Part shown: positions 38,356 to 47,872 of the stretch, in pieces
Layout of the letters: each line of letters begins with the position of its first letter
Numbering within the stretch: the stretch's first letter is position 1
Assembly: GCA_031426555.1 (NCBI GenBank)
Contig: JANPLN010000030.1
Span: 1-64,000, forward strand
Length of the DNA: 64,000 nucleotides
Source: Bdellovibrionales bacterium
GTDB lineage: Bacteria > Bdellovibrionota > Bdellovibrionia > Bdellovibrionales > JAGQZY01
Direction of reading: 5' to 3'
Notes under the pieces: generated by a model
Database searches by the model: none
Seen by the model: the letters and a program-made list of their open reading frames with translations, nothing else
Told to the model about the DNA's origin: nothing
Translations under genes and position numbers: made by a program

Positions 38356-39263
38356 TGCGTAAGTCCCGGTGGGGGAGTGGTGGTAGGCGTGCCCTGTTGC
38401 CCGGCTGTGCCTGCGGGAGCAAAGCGCTTGGCTGGATCCGTATTGTTGGGAAAGCGAATGGTGGCGATGATTGTTTGGCGAAATTTGCCAATCTCTTTAT
38501 TGTCTTTGTCGTGCACCTCTAAAACCACGCGTACCATGTTTGGAAATATATTTTGCGTTTGCGGGGAGCCGTTGTTGTCGGTGAGCCAACTCTTTTTCCA
38601 TTCCTTGTCATTTTGATCTTCGCTGAGGTATTCAAAATGAAAATCACTCACATTTTCCACAAGCGGTGTGGCCATGCCGCCGCGAGTGACGTCGTTATCA
38701 ATGAGGGTTGAGGCTCGTCGCCACAAACATCGGCTCGTTTTGTCGGTGACGCGGGATTTGCAATCGGCAAGGTAGTAGCCCACTTCGCTCTGGTTGCTTT
38801 CCTGCGCATTGAATGTGGTGCGCTGGTGGTTGAGCGTTGTGAAATGCAATTGGTCGTCCTTGCCGATAAATTGTGTGAGTCGTTCGGGTGGTGGAGGCAA
38901 AGTGAGGTCTTCCCCATCGGCGGTTGTTGCCACCTGGGGGGGTGGTTGGCCGGGAACGGTTCCTTGCTGCGACTGAATTTGTTGCGCGATCACCTGGCGA
39001 TCGAGTTCGTAAAGAGCGTACTGGTAATGAAACGCGCGTTCCACGTCTGTGGCTACGATGCGAAGGGCATCAAACACCACGGTTTCGGTTTTGAGTCGCG
39101 CATCGATTTTATTTTTATTTAAGAGAGCGCCTTTAATCGCTCGCGAGGCAATGAGGGCCATGACCGCCAAGATCCCAAGCACAATCAAAGTTTCGAGAAG
39201 GGAAAAGCCTTGGGATTTAATTCGTTTCGCCGGTCGTACCGTTGTTTCCGCCTGAACCATCAT
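38352..39263 (-). CDS. gspJ: Type II secretion minor pseudopilin J
   Basis: QG/FSLLETL prepilin motif, EVGYY; start behind GGAGG at 39263 or 39260. Confidence 0.85.
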   Translation of the reverse strand: MMVQAETTVRPAKRIKSQGFSLLETLIVLGILAVMALIASRAIKGALLNKNKIDARLKTETVVFDALRIVATDVERAFHYQYALYELDRQVIAQQIQSQQGTVPGQPPPQVATTADGEDLTLPPPPERLTQFIGKDDQLHFTTLNHQRTTFNAQESNQSEVGYYLADCKSRVTDKTSRCLWRRASTLIDNDVTRGGMATPLVENVSDFHFEYLSEDQNDKEWKKSWLTDNNGSPQTQNIFPNMVRVVLEVHDKDNKEIGKFRQTIIATIRFPNNTDPAKRFAPAGTAGQQGTPTTTPPPGLTQ

Positions 39264-39846
39264 TCCCTCCTCCCCCGGTGACTCCACCGCCGTTTGCTCC
39301 GCCGCCGCCAAGACTTGGTAAGGGCAGTGTTTGCGAATAATCGATTAAAAATGTCGAAGCCGAATATTGCACCGTATTTTTTTTGTACTTGTAAATGATG
39401 GTGACGGTGAGCTCCCGCACCGACTGATTAAAAAAATCCGTCATTTGCTGGATGATCATAGTAAACATGGGATTTTGTGCATCGCCACCGCTTTGCTGCG
39501 AAAGGAGGGGGCCGAGATCTGGCATTTCAAATTTTTTCGAGACCATTTTCCAAGCGTAGTCTTTGTAAGTGGTGTCGAGATCGGCAAAGTCGCCCTCGTC
39601 GTCTTCAGGTAAAAGTGAAATTTCGTTGCGGTACCGTCGGTCCAGTTCGGCCACCTTCAGATCAAGTAGATAGGCCACTTGATGATTCACTTTCATTTTT
39701 TTAAGACGCAAATTACTTGTCGACCACGCCATGGACACAACAATCAAAGCACCTGCGATCACCGACAGTGCCACCAGCACTTCGATCAAGGAGAATCCTC
39801 TTTGGGTTTTCAAAGGAGTCATCGGTCGAATCGATACCAGACTCAT
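39217..39846 (-). CDS. gspI: Type II secretion minor pseudopilin I
   Basis: RG/FSLIEVLVAL, EGDF, Gly-rich tail. Confidence 0.85.
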   Translation of the reverse strand: MSLVSIRPMTPLKTQRGFSLIEVLVALSVIAGALIVVSMAWSTSNLRLKKMKVNHQVAYLLDLKVAELDRRYRNEISLLPEDDEGDFADLDTTYKDYAWKMVSKKFEMPDLGPLLSQQSGGDAQNPMFTMIIQQMTDFFNQSVRELTVTIIYKYKKNTVQYSASTFLIDYSQTLPLPSLGGGGANGGGVTGGGGNDGSGGNNGTTGETN

Positions 39847-40454
39847 TGGAAGTCCTTTAATTTTTTTTCTTTATTGATCAAATCCACTCGCCCGGTGAGA
39901 GGGTGAATCGCCAGGGACCAGTTGAGTTTATCGCCGTCAGAAATATGAACGACGGCTTCTTCCACGCGACCTTCGGGAAAAAAATGAATATAAACCCGAC
40001 CGGCGGTGTATTCTTTTTTTTGCGCGGCAATTTCCACACTTTTAAAAATCAAGCCGTTCGAAAGGGGTTGCGGACCGCCTTTGGAAAGTTCTTTGTCTGC
40101 CTCGAAGCCCGAGGGATCTTTGTCCTTGTCTTCTTCGCGCAAGTTTTCCCGGCGTCGTTTGAGCTCGTCTTGATCGTAGGTGATCAACGCGTTCCTGCTC
40201 GAAGACTCCACCCAGTAGGATTGCTTCTCTTTCGTATCCTCGGGCATGTTGATGACTAAACGGAACGTGGCATTGCGCATGCGCGCTTTGTTGCGCAAAT
40301 CGCGAATCTGCGCCGCAAAGATGCGAACATCTCGGCGCATTTCCCGGCCTTCGTTTTTTCCGATTCTTTGGCTTAACAAAGCCACTGTAAGACCTACGAT
40401 GGCGAGAACAATGAGGATCTCGATAAGACTAAAGCCTTTTGAGTTTTTTCGCAC
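39843..40454 (-). CDS. gspH: Type II secretion minor pseudopilin H
   Basis: KG/FSLIEILIVL, HFFPEG, HPLTGRV. Confidence 0.85.
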   Translation of the reverse strand: MRKNSKGFSLIEILIVLAIVGLTVALLSQRIGKNEGREMRRDVRIFAAQIRDLRNKARMRNATFRLVINMPEDTKEKQSYWVESSSRNALITYDQDELKRRRENLREEDKDKDPSGFEADKELSKGGPQPLSNGLIFKSVEIAAQKKEYTAGRVYIHFFPEGRVEEAVVHISDGDKLNWSLAIHPLTGRVDLINKEKKLKDFQ

Positions 40455-40470
40455 GAGACCTCAAGGTGAA

Positions 40471-40902
40471 TTAGCGTAATTTTTTGCTGGAGATATCTTC
40501 GCCGGCCGCTTCGCCCCCGGGACGCTTGTTTTTGCCGTAGCTGGTGATCTCAAAATCAGTTCCATCGGATTCATAATTCATTTTGTTCTTCCAAGCGTCT
40601 TTTGGTTCTTCTTTTGCGTAGGGAGCTGGACCCCAGGATTCACAAGCCTCGCCCGGTTTTTTTACTAGAGCGATCAAACCTTGCTCTGTGGTTGGGTAAG
40701 AGCCGCAGTCATTGTTGTAGAGCTCGAGCTGATCGATCACCTGACGCATGATAATTTCAGTTTGCTTGCGATTGGCGTTATCCTGAGCGCCGCCAACGCG
40801 AGTGGCGATCAAGGCGACGATTCCGCCGACAAGGGCAAGAACGATCAAAATTTCAATTAACGAAAAACCTTTGTTTGATAATTTAAAATTATTTTTTCTC
40901 AC
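40471..40902 (-). CDS. gspG: Type II secretion major pseudopilin G
   Basis: KG/FSLIEILIVL, YPTTEQGL, DAWKN, SYG...PGGE. Confidence 0.95.
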   Translation of the reverse strand: MRKNNFKLSNKGFSLIEILIVLALVGGIVALIATRVGGAQDNANRKQTEIIMRQVIDQLELYNNDCGSYPTTEQGLIALVKKPGEACESWGPAPYAKEEPKDAWKNKMNYESDGTDFEITSYGKNKRPGGEAAGEDISSKKLR

Positions 40903-40945
40903 AATTTCTCCTCATTTATTTACAATGACTTAACAAGTTTTCGCT

Positions 40946-42163
40946 CTACTGTACAGTATTCAGCATGTCCATCATAGGAACAAGAACTGAGATAACGATA
41001 AATCCAATGACACCCCCCATTAGGACCGTCATGATTGGATTTAGTACAGAGGTGAGACCGTCTACTTTATTTTTCACCTGAAAATCATAGGTTTCAGCCA
41101 CTTGATTAAGCATTCTTTCCAGTTCGCCAGTTTTTTCGCCGATGGCCACCATGTGAATAACAATCGGCGGAAACTGTTCCGATTTTTTTAATGGGCCGGC
41201 GATGGATTCACCCTCGCGAATATTGTCGCGAGCATCATCAATCGCTCTTGCCAGTACTGCATTATCCACCACATTGCGCACAATATCCATGGCATTGAGC
41301 ATGGGAACTCCGCCAGACAGTAAAGTAGAAAGAGTGCGTGTGAAGCGCGAAACCGCGATCATGCGCGCAAGTTTTCCGACGATGGGGAGATTTAAAAGGA
41401 TTCTATCCCAAATGGGGCGACCCGTGGCGGATCTTTTCCAAACCATAAAAAACGAAAAGCCGCCCACCATGCTGATGATGATTAAATACCAATAGCTCAC
41501 CATAAAATCACTCATGTCGATCACAGCCTGCGTATACCAAGGAATTTCCACGCCTTGATCAATAAGAATTGTTGTGATCGTGGGAAGAATGTAAACAAAC
41601 ATTCCCATCAAAATACCTATCATCGCAATAATCGTGATCACCGGTTGCATCATGGCCGATTGAACCTTAGAGCGAAGCTCGGATCGTGCCTCGGTGAATT
41701 CCGCAAGGCGAAGGAGAATCACGTCGAGAGAGCCCGACATCTCGCCGGCGCCCACCATAGAGACAAACACATTATCAAACGCCTTGGGATATTTGAGCAT
41801 GGCTTTTTGCAGCGTACTTCCCTCGTTCACTTGGTTGCGGCAGTCGGCCAGCACTTCCTTCAGGTAAGGATTTTCGGATTGATCAGAAACCGCGCTTAAA
41901 CAATCCACCAAGGGAATGTTGGCTTTGACCAGCGACGACAGCTGGCGAGTCATGTTGGAAATCTCGTCCACACTCACTCGGCCTGAGGTGACGCCCGAGG
42001 AGGCTTTCTTTTTTTGCTGAGCCTTCATTTTGTCGGCCAGGGTCATCACATAAACGCCGTCTTTTTTTAATTTTAAGCGGGCGTTGCGCTGGTTATCGGC
42101 ATCGATGATACCTTTAACTTTAGTGCCAGCGCGGTTGACGCCCTTGTACTCGTAGACAGGCAT
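40946..42163 (-). CDS. gspF: Type II secretion inner-membrane platform F
   Basis: GEMSGSLD, RFTRTLSTLLSGGVP, GEKTGELE. Confidence 0.95.
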   Translation of the reverse strand: MPVYEYKGVNRAGTKVKGIIDADNQRNARLKLKKDGVYVMTLADKMKAQQKKKASSGVTSGRVSVDEISNMTRQLSSLVKANIPLVDCLSAVSDQSENPYLKEVLADCRNQVNEGSTLQKAMLKYPKAFDNVFVSMVGAGEMSGSLDVILLRLAEFTEARSELRSKVQSAMMQPVITIIAMIGILMGMFVYILPTITTILIDQGVEIPWYTQAVIDMSDFMVSYWYLIIISMVGGFSFFMVWKRSATGRPIWDRILLNLPIVGKLARMIAVSRFTRTLSTLLSGGVPMLNAMDIVRNVVDNAVLARAIDDARDNIREGESIAGPLKKSEQFPPIVIHMVAIGEKTGELERMLNQVAETYDFQVKNKVDGLTSVLNPIMTVLMGGVIGFIVISVLVPMMDMLNTVQ

Positions 42164-42181
42164 AAATAAACCTCAAAGTTT

Positions 42182-43873
42182 TTACAAATCCGTTTGCGTA
42201 TTTGAGAGAACTTCCTCAATCGTTGTAATCCCATTGAGAACTTTTTCGATTCCATGATCGCGGAAGGTTCGCATTCCCTGTTCCACGGCCATTTTTTTAA
42301 TGGCACCAGAATCTTTTCTCTGCATCACCAGTGTACGGATCTCTTCGCTGACGATCAAGAGTTCTTGAATCAAAGTTCGGCCCAGATAGCCCTTGTAGTT
42401 GCACTTGTCGCAACCCACAGCTTTGTGGATGCGGGCGCGTTTGGCAGTTTCAAGTGGCATATCTAAATTGGCGGCATCGGCCTCACTTGGAACATGGGGC
42501 TGTTTGCAGTGGGGGCAGAGTACACGTACGAGGCGCTGCGAGATCACGCCCAAAAGGGAGGTGGCAATCAAAAAAGGCTCGCAGCCAATGTCGGTCATGC
42601 GCGGGAAGGCTCCGGCCGCATCGTTAGTGTGAATCGTGGAGAGCACTAAGTGACCTGTGAGCGAGGAGTTGATGGCAATTTCCGCGGTTTCTAAATCGCG
42701 AATCTCCCCAATCATAATAATGTCTGGATCTTGTCGGAGAATGGCCCGCAGACCGCTTCCGAAAGTGAGGCCAATTTTAGAATTCACCTGAATCTGACCA
42801 ATGCCGGGAATTCGCTGCTCCACAGGGTCTTCCACCGTGATAATGTTGGATTCGATGGAGTTGAGTTTTTGCAAACACGCATACAGCGTAGTTGATTTAC
42901 CACTTCCGGTGGGGCCGGTGACAAGAATAATTCCATAGGTGCGCTGAATAAGTTCTTCGATCCGGCGCAGGTTGGCTTCGGCAAAGCCCAGTTGTTCGAG
43001 GGATAAAATCACATTGGAGCGATCTTGCAAACGCATCACCAGGCGTTCGCCAAAAGACGTAGGCACGGCGTTCAATCGGACGTCGATGTCTTTACCACCA
43101 ATGCGTAACGGAATGCGACCATCCTGCGGCAATCGTTTTTCGGCGATGTTGAGGTTGCCCATCACTTTGATTCGCGAAGTGATGGCGTTTTGTAATTTTT
43201 TAGGTGGTTTATAGATGTCGTACAAAAGACCATCAATGCGAAAGCGAACGACCATTTCTTTTTCGTAAGGCTCGATGTGAATATCAGACGCTTTTTCTTT
43301 CACCGCGCGCGATAATAACGTGTTTACGAGTTTAATCACCGGCGCTTCATCGTCGGATTCTAAAAGATCGACGATAGAATCATCAAGGTCATCGCCGCCA
43401 TCTTCGATTTCTTCCAGGCCATCGAGAGCCGCCGTGCCTTTCTCGTACAAGCGATTGATCGCATCGAGCAAGCGCGTTTTTGTTGTCACTAGAGGAATCA
43501 CTTCTTTTTTAAACAACGTGCGAATGTCATCAAAGGCAATAAAATTGAGGGGATTCGTAGTGTACACAAAAACCGAGTTTTTGTCTTCCTTGGCAGGGAG
43601 AATTTCTTTGTTCTTGGCGTAATTGATCGGGATGTTGCGAATCATATCCATGGGGATATCGTTAAATGGAATATCCTTTACAAATTGAAAGCCGAGTTTT
43701 TTACAAAAGTGCGCAAGGATCTCTTCACCCGTGGTCTCTTTGGTGAGCGAAAGATAAGCCTCTAAATTCACTGCGCCATCCACCGGAGAGTCGAGGAGAG
43801 CGCGAATCTGCTGTTCGCTCAGCGAAGTGACTTTTCCTAAAATACTTTCGTAATTAACATCGGTGACGGCCAT
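42182..43873 (-). CDS. gspE: Type II secretion ATPase E
   Basis: ASDIHIEP, Walker A GPTGSGKS, LRQDPD, TGHLVLSTIH, CPHC...CDKC. Confidence 0.97.
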   Translation of the reverse strand: MAVTDVNYESILGKVTSLSEQQIRALLDSPVDGAVNLEAYLSLTKETTGEEILAHFCKKLGFQFVKDIPFNDIPMDMIRNIPINYAKNKEILPAKEDKNSVFVYTTNPLNFIAFDDIRTLFKKEVIPLVTTKTRLLDAINRLYEKGTAALDGLEEIEDGGDDLDDSIVDLLESDDEAPVIKLVNTLLSRAVKEKASDIHIEPYEKEMVVRFRIDGLLYDIYKPPKKLQNAITSRIKVMGNLNIAEKRLPQDGRIPLRIGGKDIDVRLNAVPTSFGERLVMRLQDRSNVILSLEQLGFAEANLRRIEELIQRTYGIILVTGPTGSGKSTTLYACLQKLNSIESNIITVEDPVEQRIPGIGQIQVNSKIGLTFGSGLRAILRQDPDIIMIGEIRDLETAEIAINSSLTGHLVLSTIHTNDAAGAFPRMTDIGCEPFLIATSLLGVISQRLVRVLCPHCKQPHVPSEADAANLDMPLETAKRARIHKAVGCDKCNYKGYLGRTLIQELLIVSEEIRTLVMQRKDSGAIKKMAVEQGMRTFRDHGIEKVLNGITTIEEVLSNTQTDL

Positions 43874-46371
43874 TAGTTTTCGCTCTCATCTTCCAGAGGC
43901 AGAGCCCCTTCCAGTTCGTCGATAGAAATATCTTCATCTTGGCGGGGCGCTGGCGACTCCGCTGGTGGGAGATCTTGGTCTTCCAATTTAAATTCGTCAA
44001 CGGCGTTGGCAAATTTGCCGACCGGTTCCAGATTTTCACCAAAGGGATCACGGCCGTTGAGATTGCGCTTCACCCAGTTGATACGCTCATCGTATTTGTT
44101 CTTGGTCAGTTTGCGATGATCTTCTGAGTTGCGAATAATTCGCGGCGATAAAAAGACCATGAGGTTGGTTTTAAAACGACTGGCTTTTCGGCCCTTAAAT
44201 AACCAACCTAGCACGGGAATGTCGCCAAGAAAAGGGACCTTCTTTTCATCGAGCCTATCAGTGTCTTGAATTAAACCTCCGAGAACGGCGACATCGCCGC
44301 TTTTGAGGGTGAGATTGGTTTTTAAAGTTCTCTTTTTAATTCCCTGGGTTGCATCTCTTAACTGCTGCGCCGATGGAATTTTTGTACTTACATCAAATGC
44401 CTTTTGCTCGATGTTCAATGTGACTATATCGGAGTCAGGGCTAATAAAGGGTTTAATCTTTAGTAGAATTGTTGCGTCTGCGAACTGCACTTGCTGCTGG
44501 GCCACGCCAGCGGCGGTGGGAGCTGCGTTGATCGCCAACGGAATTTGATCCCCCACTTCAATGTAAGATTCTTCATTGTCCATGGCCATAATCTGCGGTG
44601 TCGAAAGTACGTTGGTATTGAGGTTGGTTTTTAAAAACTGAATAAAACCCAAAAGGTTCGGGATGGTTGCCACCGTACCGCCGATGTTTACGGATACTTT
44701 GTCTCCGCTTCCAAAACCGAGAATTCCACCAGAAGCGCCAATATCCTGAAGGCTGCTAATCTCACCTGTAATATATCCCGCGCGTGCCACCGAGTTCGCA
44801 CCGGCATTGGCCGTGTTGGTATCGGATTCGCTAAACTTTAAGACGTTCATGCTCCACGTGTCGGACTTTTGCGCATCCATTTCTACGATATACGCTTCGA
44901 CATAGACTTGATCTTTTGGAATGTCGATTTTCTCAAGCAATGAGGTCACCGTGCTGTAATCCTGCTTGTTGGCCGTGATGATCAAGCTGTTGGTGTTTTC
45001 GTCAGCCTTGATAATCACATCGCCGCCAAAAAGATTTTGTTTGGCTTTGGGAGCTTGGAACGTGGCAGGGTTGTTGGCATCGGATGCTGGCGTCGACGTG
45101 GAGGCTTTCTTTTCCTGCTCCTGGGCAATGCCATTGAGTGTATCAGCAATTTTTTTCGCTTCACCGTGTTTGACGTAATAAACATAAATACCACCGGCAT
45201 CGGCTGGATCCAGCGGATAATCGAGTTGCTTCACCAGTTTCAGAATTCGCTCAATACCTTCGCTGTTGCCAACAACGATGATGGAATTGGTGCGTTCGTC
45301 GGGAGTCACCAAGGAAAGTGACTCGTTCTTTTCCTGAGCTCCAAAGCGCGAAGCGGGACGAAACGTGTTTTTCTTTTTGTCTTCGCCTTTGTTAATAATC
45401 TTATCAACGAGCTCGGCAACGTCTTTCGCCTTGGCGTGTTTAATGGGAATCAATTGCAAACGCTCTTCAAAGCCAGGCTTGTCCAGCTCTTCGAGAACCT
45501 GAGTGATTTTACTCACGTTGGATCCAAGATCAGTAACAATCAACGAGTTGGTTTTTTCGTAAGGAATCACTTGGCCGGCTTTGGATTTAATAATCTTCTC
45601 AAAAGTCTTCGATGCGTCGTCTGCGCTTAAAAATTTCAAACGAATGATCTTGGTGATCAACTGATCGCCGTCTGGATAGTAGGCGCCGCTGTAAATATCA
45701 AGGGCTCCGGTTTTGGCTTCGTCGAGTTTTTGAATTTTCAAAAACTTTCCCGACGGCACCACAGTGAGTCCGTTCATCGATAGCGATGACAAAAATGTCT
45801 GCCATGCTTCGGCCACGGTGATGGGGCCTGGAGAAATAATGGTGATTTTTCCGTTGAGATTCTGTTCAAAGATAAAACGTTTTCCAGTGAGGCGAGCAAT
45901 GGCATTCACCACATCGGCAATCGGAGCATCTTTGTAATCGAAGCTCGCGACGGTGTCGGGAAAGTTTTCGTTGTGGATGTCTTCGGGCTGAGCATCCATA
46001 AATGGCATTTTGCCTTTGACTCCTGTCGTGGGAATGTTTGTTGGTGCCACAGGCGCACCAGCAGAATTGGTGTTGTTGGAAAAGTCGCCGGAATTTGCGG
46101 CCTTGTTGTTAAACCTTGAAGGGGCGGTGTTGCCGCCATTAAAACGGCCACCAGAGCGGAATCGCGAGGGACCAGGGCCCGGAGGGGGAGGCGTGTTATT
46201 AAAATTATTATCTCCTTCAAACCCTTCATCTCCTGGCGGAGGCGGGGCGGGAATTTCCTCGGCTTCTTCGAGAAGTTCGGTATCGTCTTCGAACTCTCCC
46301 TGTGCTTGAATCTTTTGCACGGACAGGGTCGTGAAGAACAAAACAAAAACGACCAAAAACTTCTGTATCAT
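43873..46371 (-). CDS. gspD: Type II secretion secretin D
   Basis: N-domain repeats DERTNSII and DENTNSLI; KVPFLGDIPVLGWLF, LMVFLSPRII; start ATG 46371 behind GAGG with a signal peptide. Confidence 0.95.
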   Translation of the reverse strand: MIQKFLVVFVLFFTTLSVQKIQAQGEFEDDTELLEEAEEIPAPPPPGDEGFEGDNNFNNTPPPPGPGPSRFRSGGRFNGGNTAPSRFNNKAANSGDFSNNTNSAGAPVAPTNIPTTGVKGKMPFMDAQPEDIHNENFPDTVASFDYKDAPIADVVNAIARLTGKRFIFEQNLNGKITIISPGPITVAEAWQTFLSSLSMNGLTVVPSGKFLKIQKLDEAKTGALDIYSGAYYPDGDQLITKIIRLKFLSADDASKTFEKIIKSKAGQVIPYEKTNSLIVTDLGSNVSKITQVLEELDKPGFEERLQLIPIKHAKAKDVAELVDKIINKGEDKKKNTFRPASRFGAQEKNESLSLVTPDERTNSIIVVGNSEGIERILKLVKQLDYPLDPADAGGIYVYYVKHGEAKKIADTLNGIAQEQEKKASTSTPASDANNPATFQAPKAKQNLFGGDVIIKADENTNSLIITANKQDYSTVTSLLEKIDIPKDQVYVEAYIVEMDAQKSDTWSMNVLKFSESDTNTANAGANSVARAGYITGEISSLQDIGASGGILGFGSGDKVSVNIGGTVATIPNLLGFIQFLKTNLNTNVLSTPQIMAMDNEESYIEVGDQIPLAINAAPTAAGVAQQQVQFADATILLKIKPFISPDSDIVTLNIEQKAFDVSTKIPSAQQLRDATQGIKKRTLKTNLTLKSGDVAVLGGLIQDTDRLDEKKVPFLGDIPVLGWLFKGRKASRFKTNLMVFLSPRIIRNSEDHRKLTKNKYDERINWVKRNLNGRDPFGENLEPVGKFANAVDEFKLEDQDLPPAESPAPRQDEDISIDELEGALPLEDESEN

Positions 46372-46396
46372 GAAGGTACCTCTCTGTTGGACTCTC

Positions 46397-46555
46397 GGGT
46401 GTATCCTCAATTTGGCAAGTCCATAGAACGAATGATTTCGAGCTGACTCTTCGTTACTTCTCCTCACGTTAGCGTTTCACTACCGTTTCGTCGTCGCGCC
46501 TCGATTCAGCTCGAAATCATTCGTTCTATGGACTTGCCAAATTAAGGATACACCC
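46397..46555. repeat. Giant palindromic element C, in the gspD leader
   Basis: 50-bp arms (46397-46446 / 46506-46555) with 1 mismatch; 59-bp core. Confidence 0.92.
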
Positions 46556-46620
46556 TATTAAACCTTAAAAAAATAGAGAGCTTAAGCACGAACTCACCGA
46601 ATGACCTTTAGCGGGGCCTA

Positions 46621-46693
46621 GGTCGAGTCCAATAAGACTCGACCCCAAAAAGACGCGAGTCCAATAGGACTCGACCCCAAAAAGACGCGAGTC
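46621..46693. repeat. 32-bp tandem repeat (about 2.2 copies), each unit a hairpin
   Basis: CGAGTCCAATA[A/G]GACTCGACCCCAAAAAGACG at 46624-46655 and 46656-46687, plus CGAGTC. Confidence 0.88.
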
Positions 46694-46794
46694 AAAAAAA
46701 CTAACACAGCAATTCAGTGCGAATTTTCTCGCACAAGGTCGAGATGACAAAAGGGGAGGTCCTCTTTTGCTAAACATTTGTTACTCTGTTCCTT

Positions 46795-47703
46795 ATGAGA
46801 ATTCCTTTGCTGTCCGCATTGATCGAAAAAATACGCGCTAACGAACGCCCCCCTTTCGAAAAATTCTATATTCTCGTGTTTATCGTATTTGTAGGCTTTC
46901 TCGTCGGCGATCTGGTCACTCTTTACGTGCGGCAGTATCTGTTGCCAACAACCGTGCCTCCCAAAAAAATAACCAGCATGCAAAACCGCGCCGCCCGCTC
47001 CTACAACTATCCCGACATCATCACTTACAATATTTTTAATTCGGATCACAAGATACCTCCGTCACTGGCCCAGCTGGAGGGCGGAATGACTCCCGACGGT
47101 GCGCCTCGCCTGAGTCAGTTGCCGCTGGATTTGATCGGCACCATTGTTCATGCCAACTCCAAGCGCTCTCTTGCCACCATCGTTCAACGGGGGCAAAACC
47201 TCGTAGAACCCTATTCGGTGGGTCAGACCATTGCTGGTCTGGCCGAAGTGAAAGAGATTTTGCGCGAGAAAGTGATTTTTCGAAATCTGCAGACTCAGGG
47301 TCTCGAATACATCGAAATCCCCCACGAAGATAAAATTTTGTTATCCACCGAAAAGGGCCCCACCGTGGCCGCTCCGCAAACCCAGGACAAGACAGAGTTC
47401 AAATTAAAGCGCGAGGAGATCAATGGAGCCCTCGAGCGTTTGCCAGAACTCCTTCAACAAGCTCGTGTCGTTCCTGAAATGGGGCCCGATGGCCAGGTGA
47501 AGGGCTATTGCATGGTCGAAATGCAGCCTGGCAGTTTGTACGAAAAATTAGGTCTGCGCATCGGCGATTGCATTCGCACGGTGAATGGCGAGCCAATCAA
47601 TAGTCCGCAAAAAGGGATGCAGATGTTTCAGGAGTTGCGCAACGCTCCTCGAGTGGAAATCGGCACTGATCGTGCGCAGTTGAAGTACGACATCGAAAAT
47701 TGA
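46795..47703 (+). CDS. gspC: Type II secretion protein C (TM, HR and PDZ domains)
   Basis: NIFN, LDLIGTI, GSLYEKLGL..GDCIRTVNGEPINSP; divergent from gspD. Confidence 0.9.
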   Translation: MRIPLLSALIEKIRANERPPFEKFYILVFIVFVGFLVGDLVTLYVRQYLLPTTVPPKKITSMQNRAARSYNYPDIITYNIFNSDHKIPPSLAQLEGGMTPDGAPRLSQLPLDLIGTIVHANSKRSLATIVQRGQNLVEPYSVGQTIAGLAEVKEILREKVIFRNLQTQGLEYIEIPHEDKILLSTEKGPTVAAPQTQDKTEFKLKREEINGALERLPELLQQARVVPEMGPDGQVKGYCMVEMQPGSLYEKLGLRIGDCIRTVNGEPINSPQKGMQMFQELRNAPRVEIGTDRAQLKYDIEN

Positions 47704-47872
47704 AGTACGAAATCGGATAAGGCTGCGGGATTTAGCAGCAATGCTGCACCCAAGTCTAAAAAGATTACCTAGCCGTTTGTAAATTATCGGGATTCCCAAT
47801 TGGAACCACCTCAGCTATCACTTCAGTCGGGGTTACGAGACAATTAGGGTTAGGGTTAGTTTACAGAGGGGA

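Noticed and set aside
46621..46693. CRISPR mini-array
   Set aside because: The units abut with identical intervening sequence; there are no unique spacers and no cas genes
33726..47703. T2SS cluster as a novel secretion system
   Set aside because: The components map onto GspC-N; the divergent gspC and missing prepilin peptidase are explicable by known variation in gene order
47844..47859. TTAGGG telomere-like repeat as contamination
   Set aside because: Fewer than three units, embedded in normal bacterial intergenic DNA
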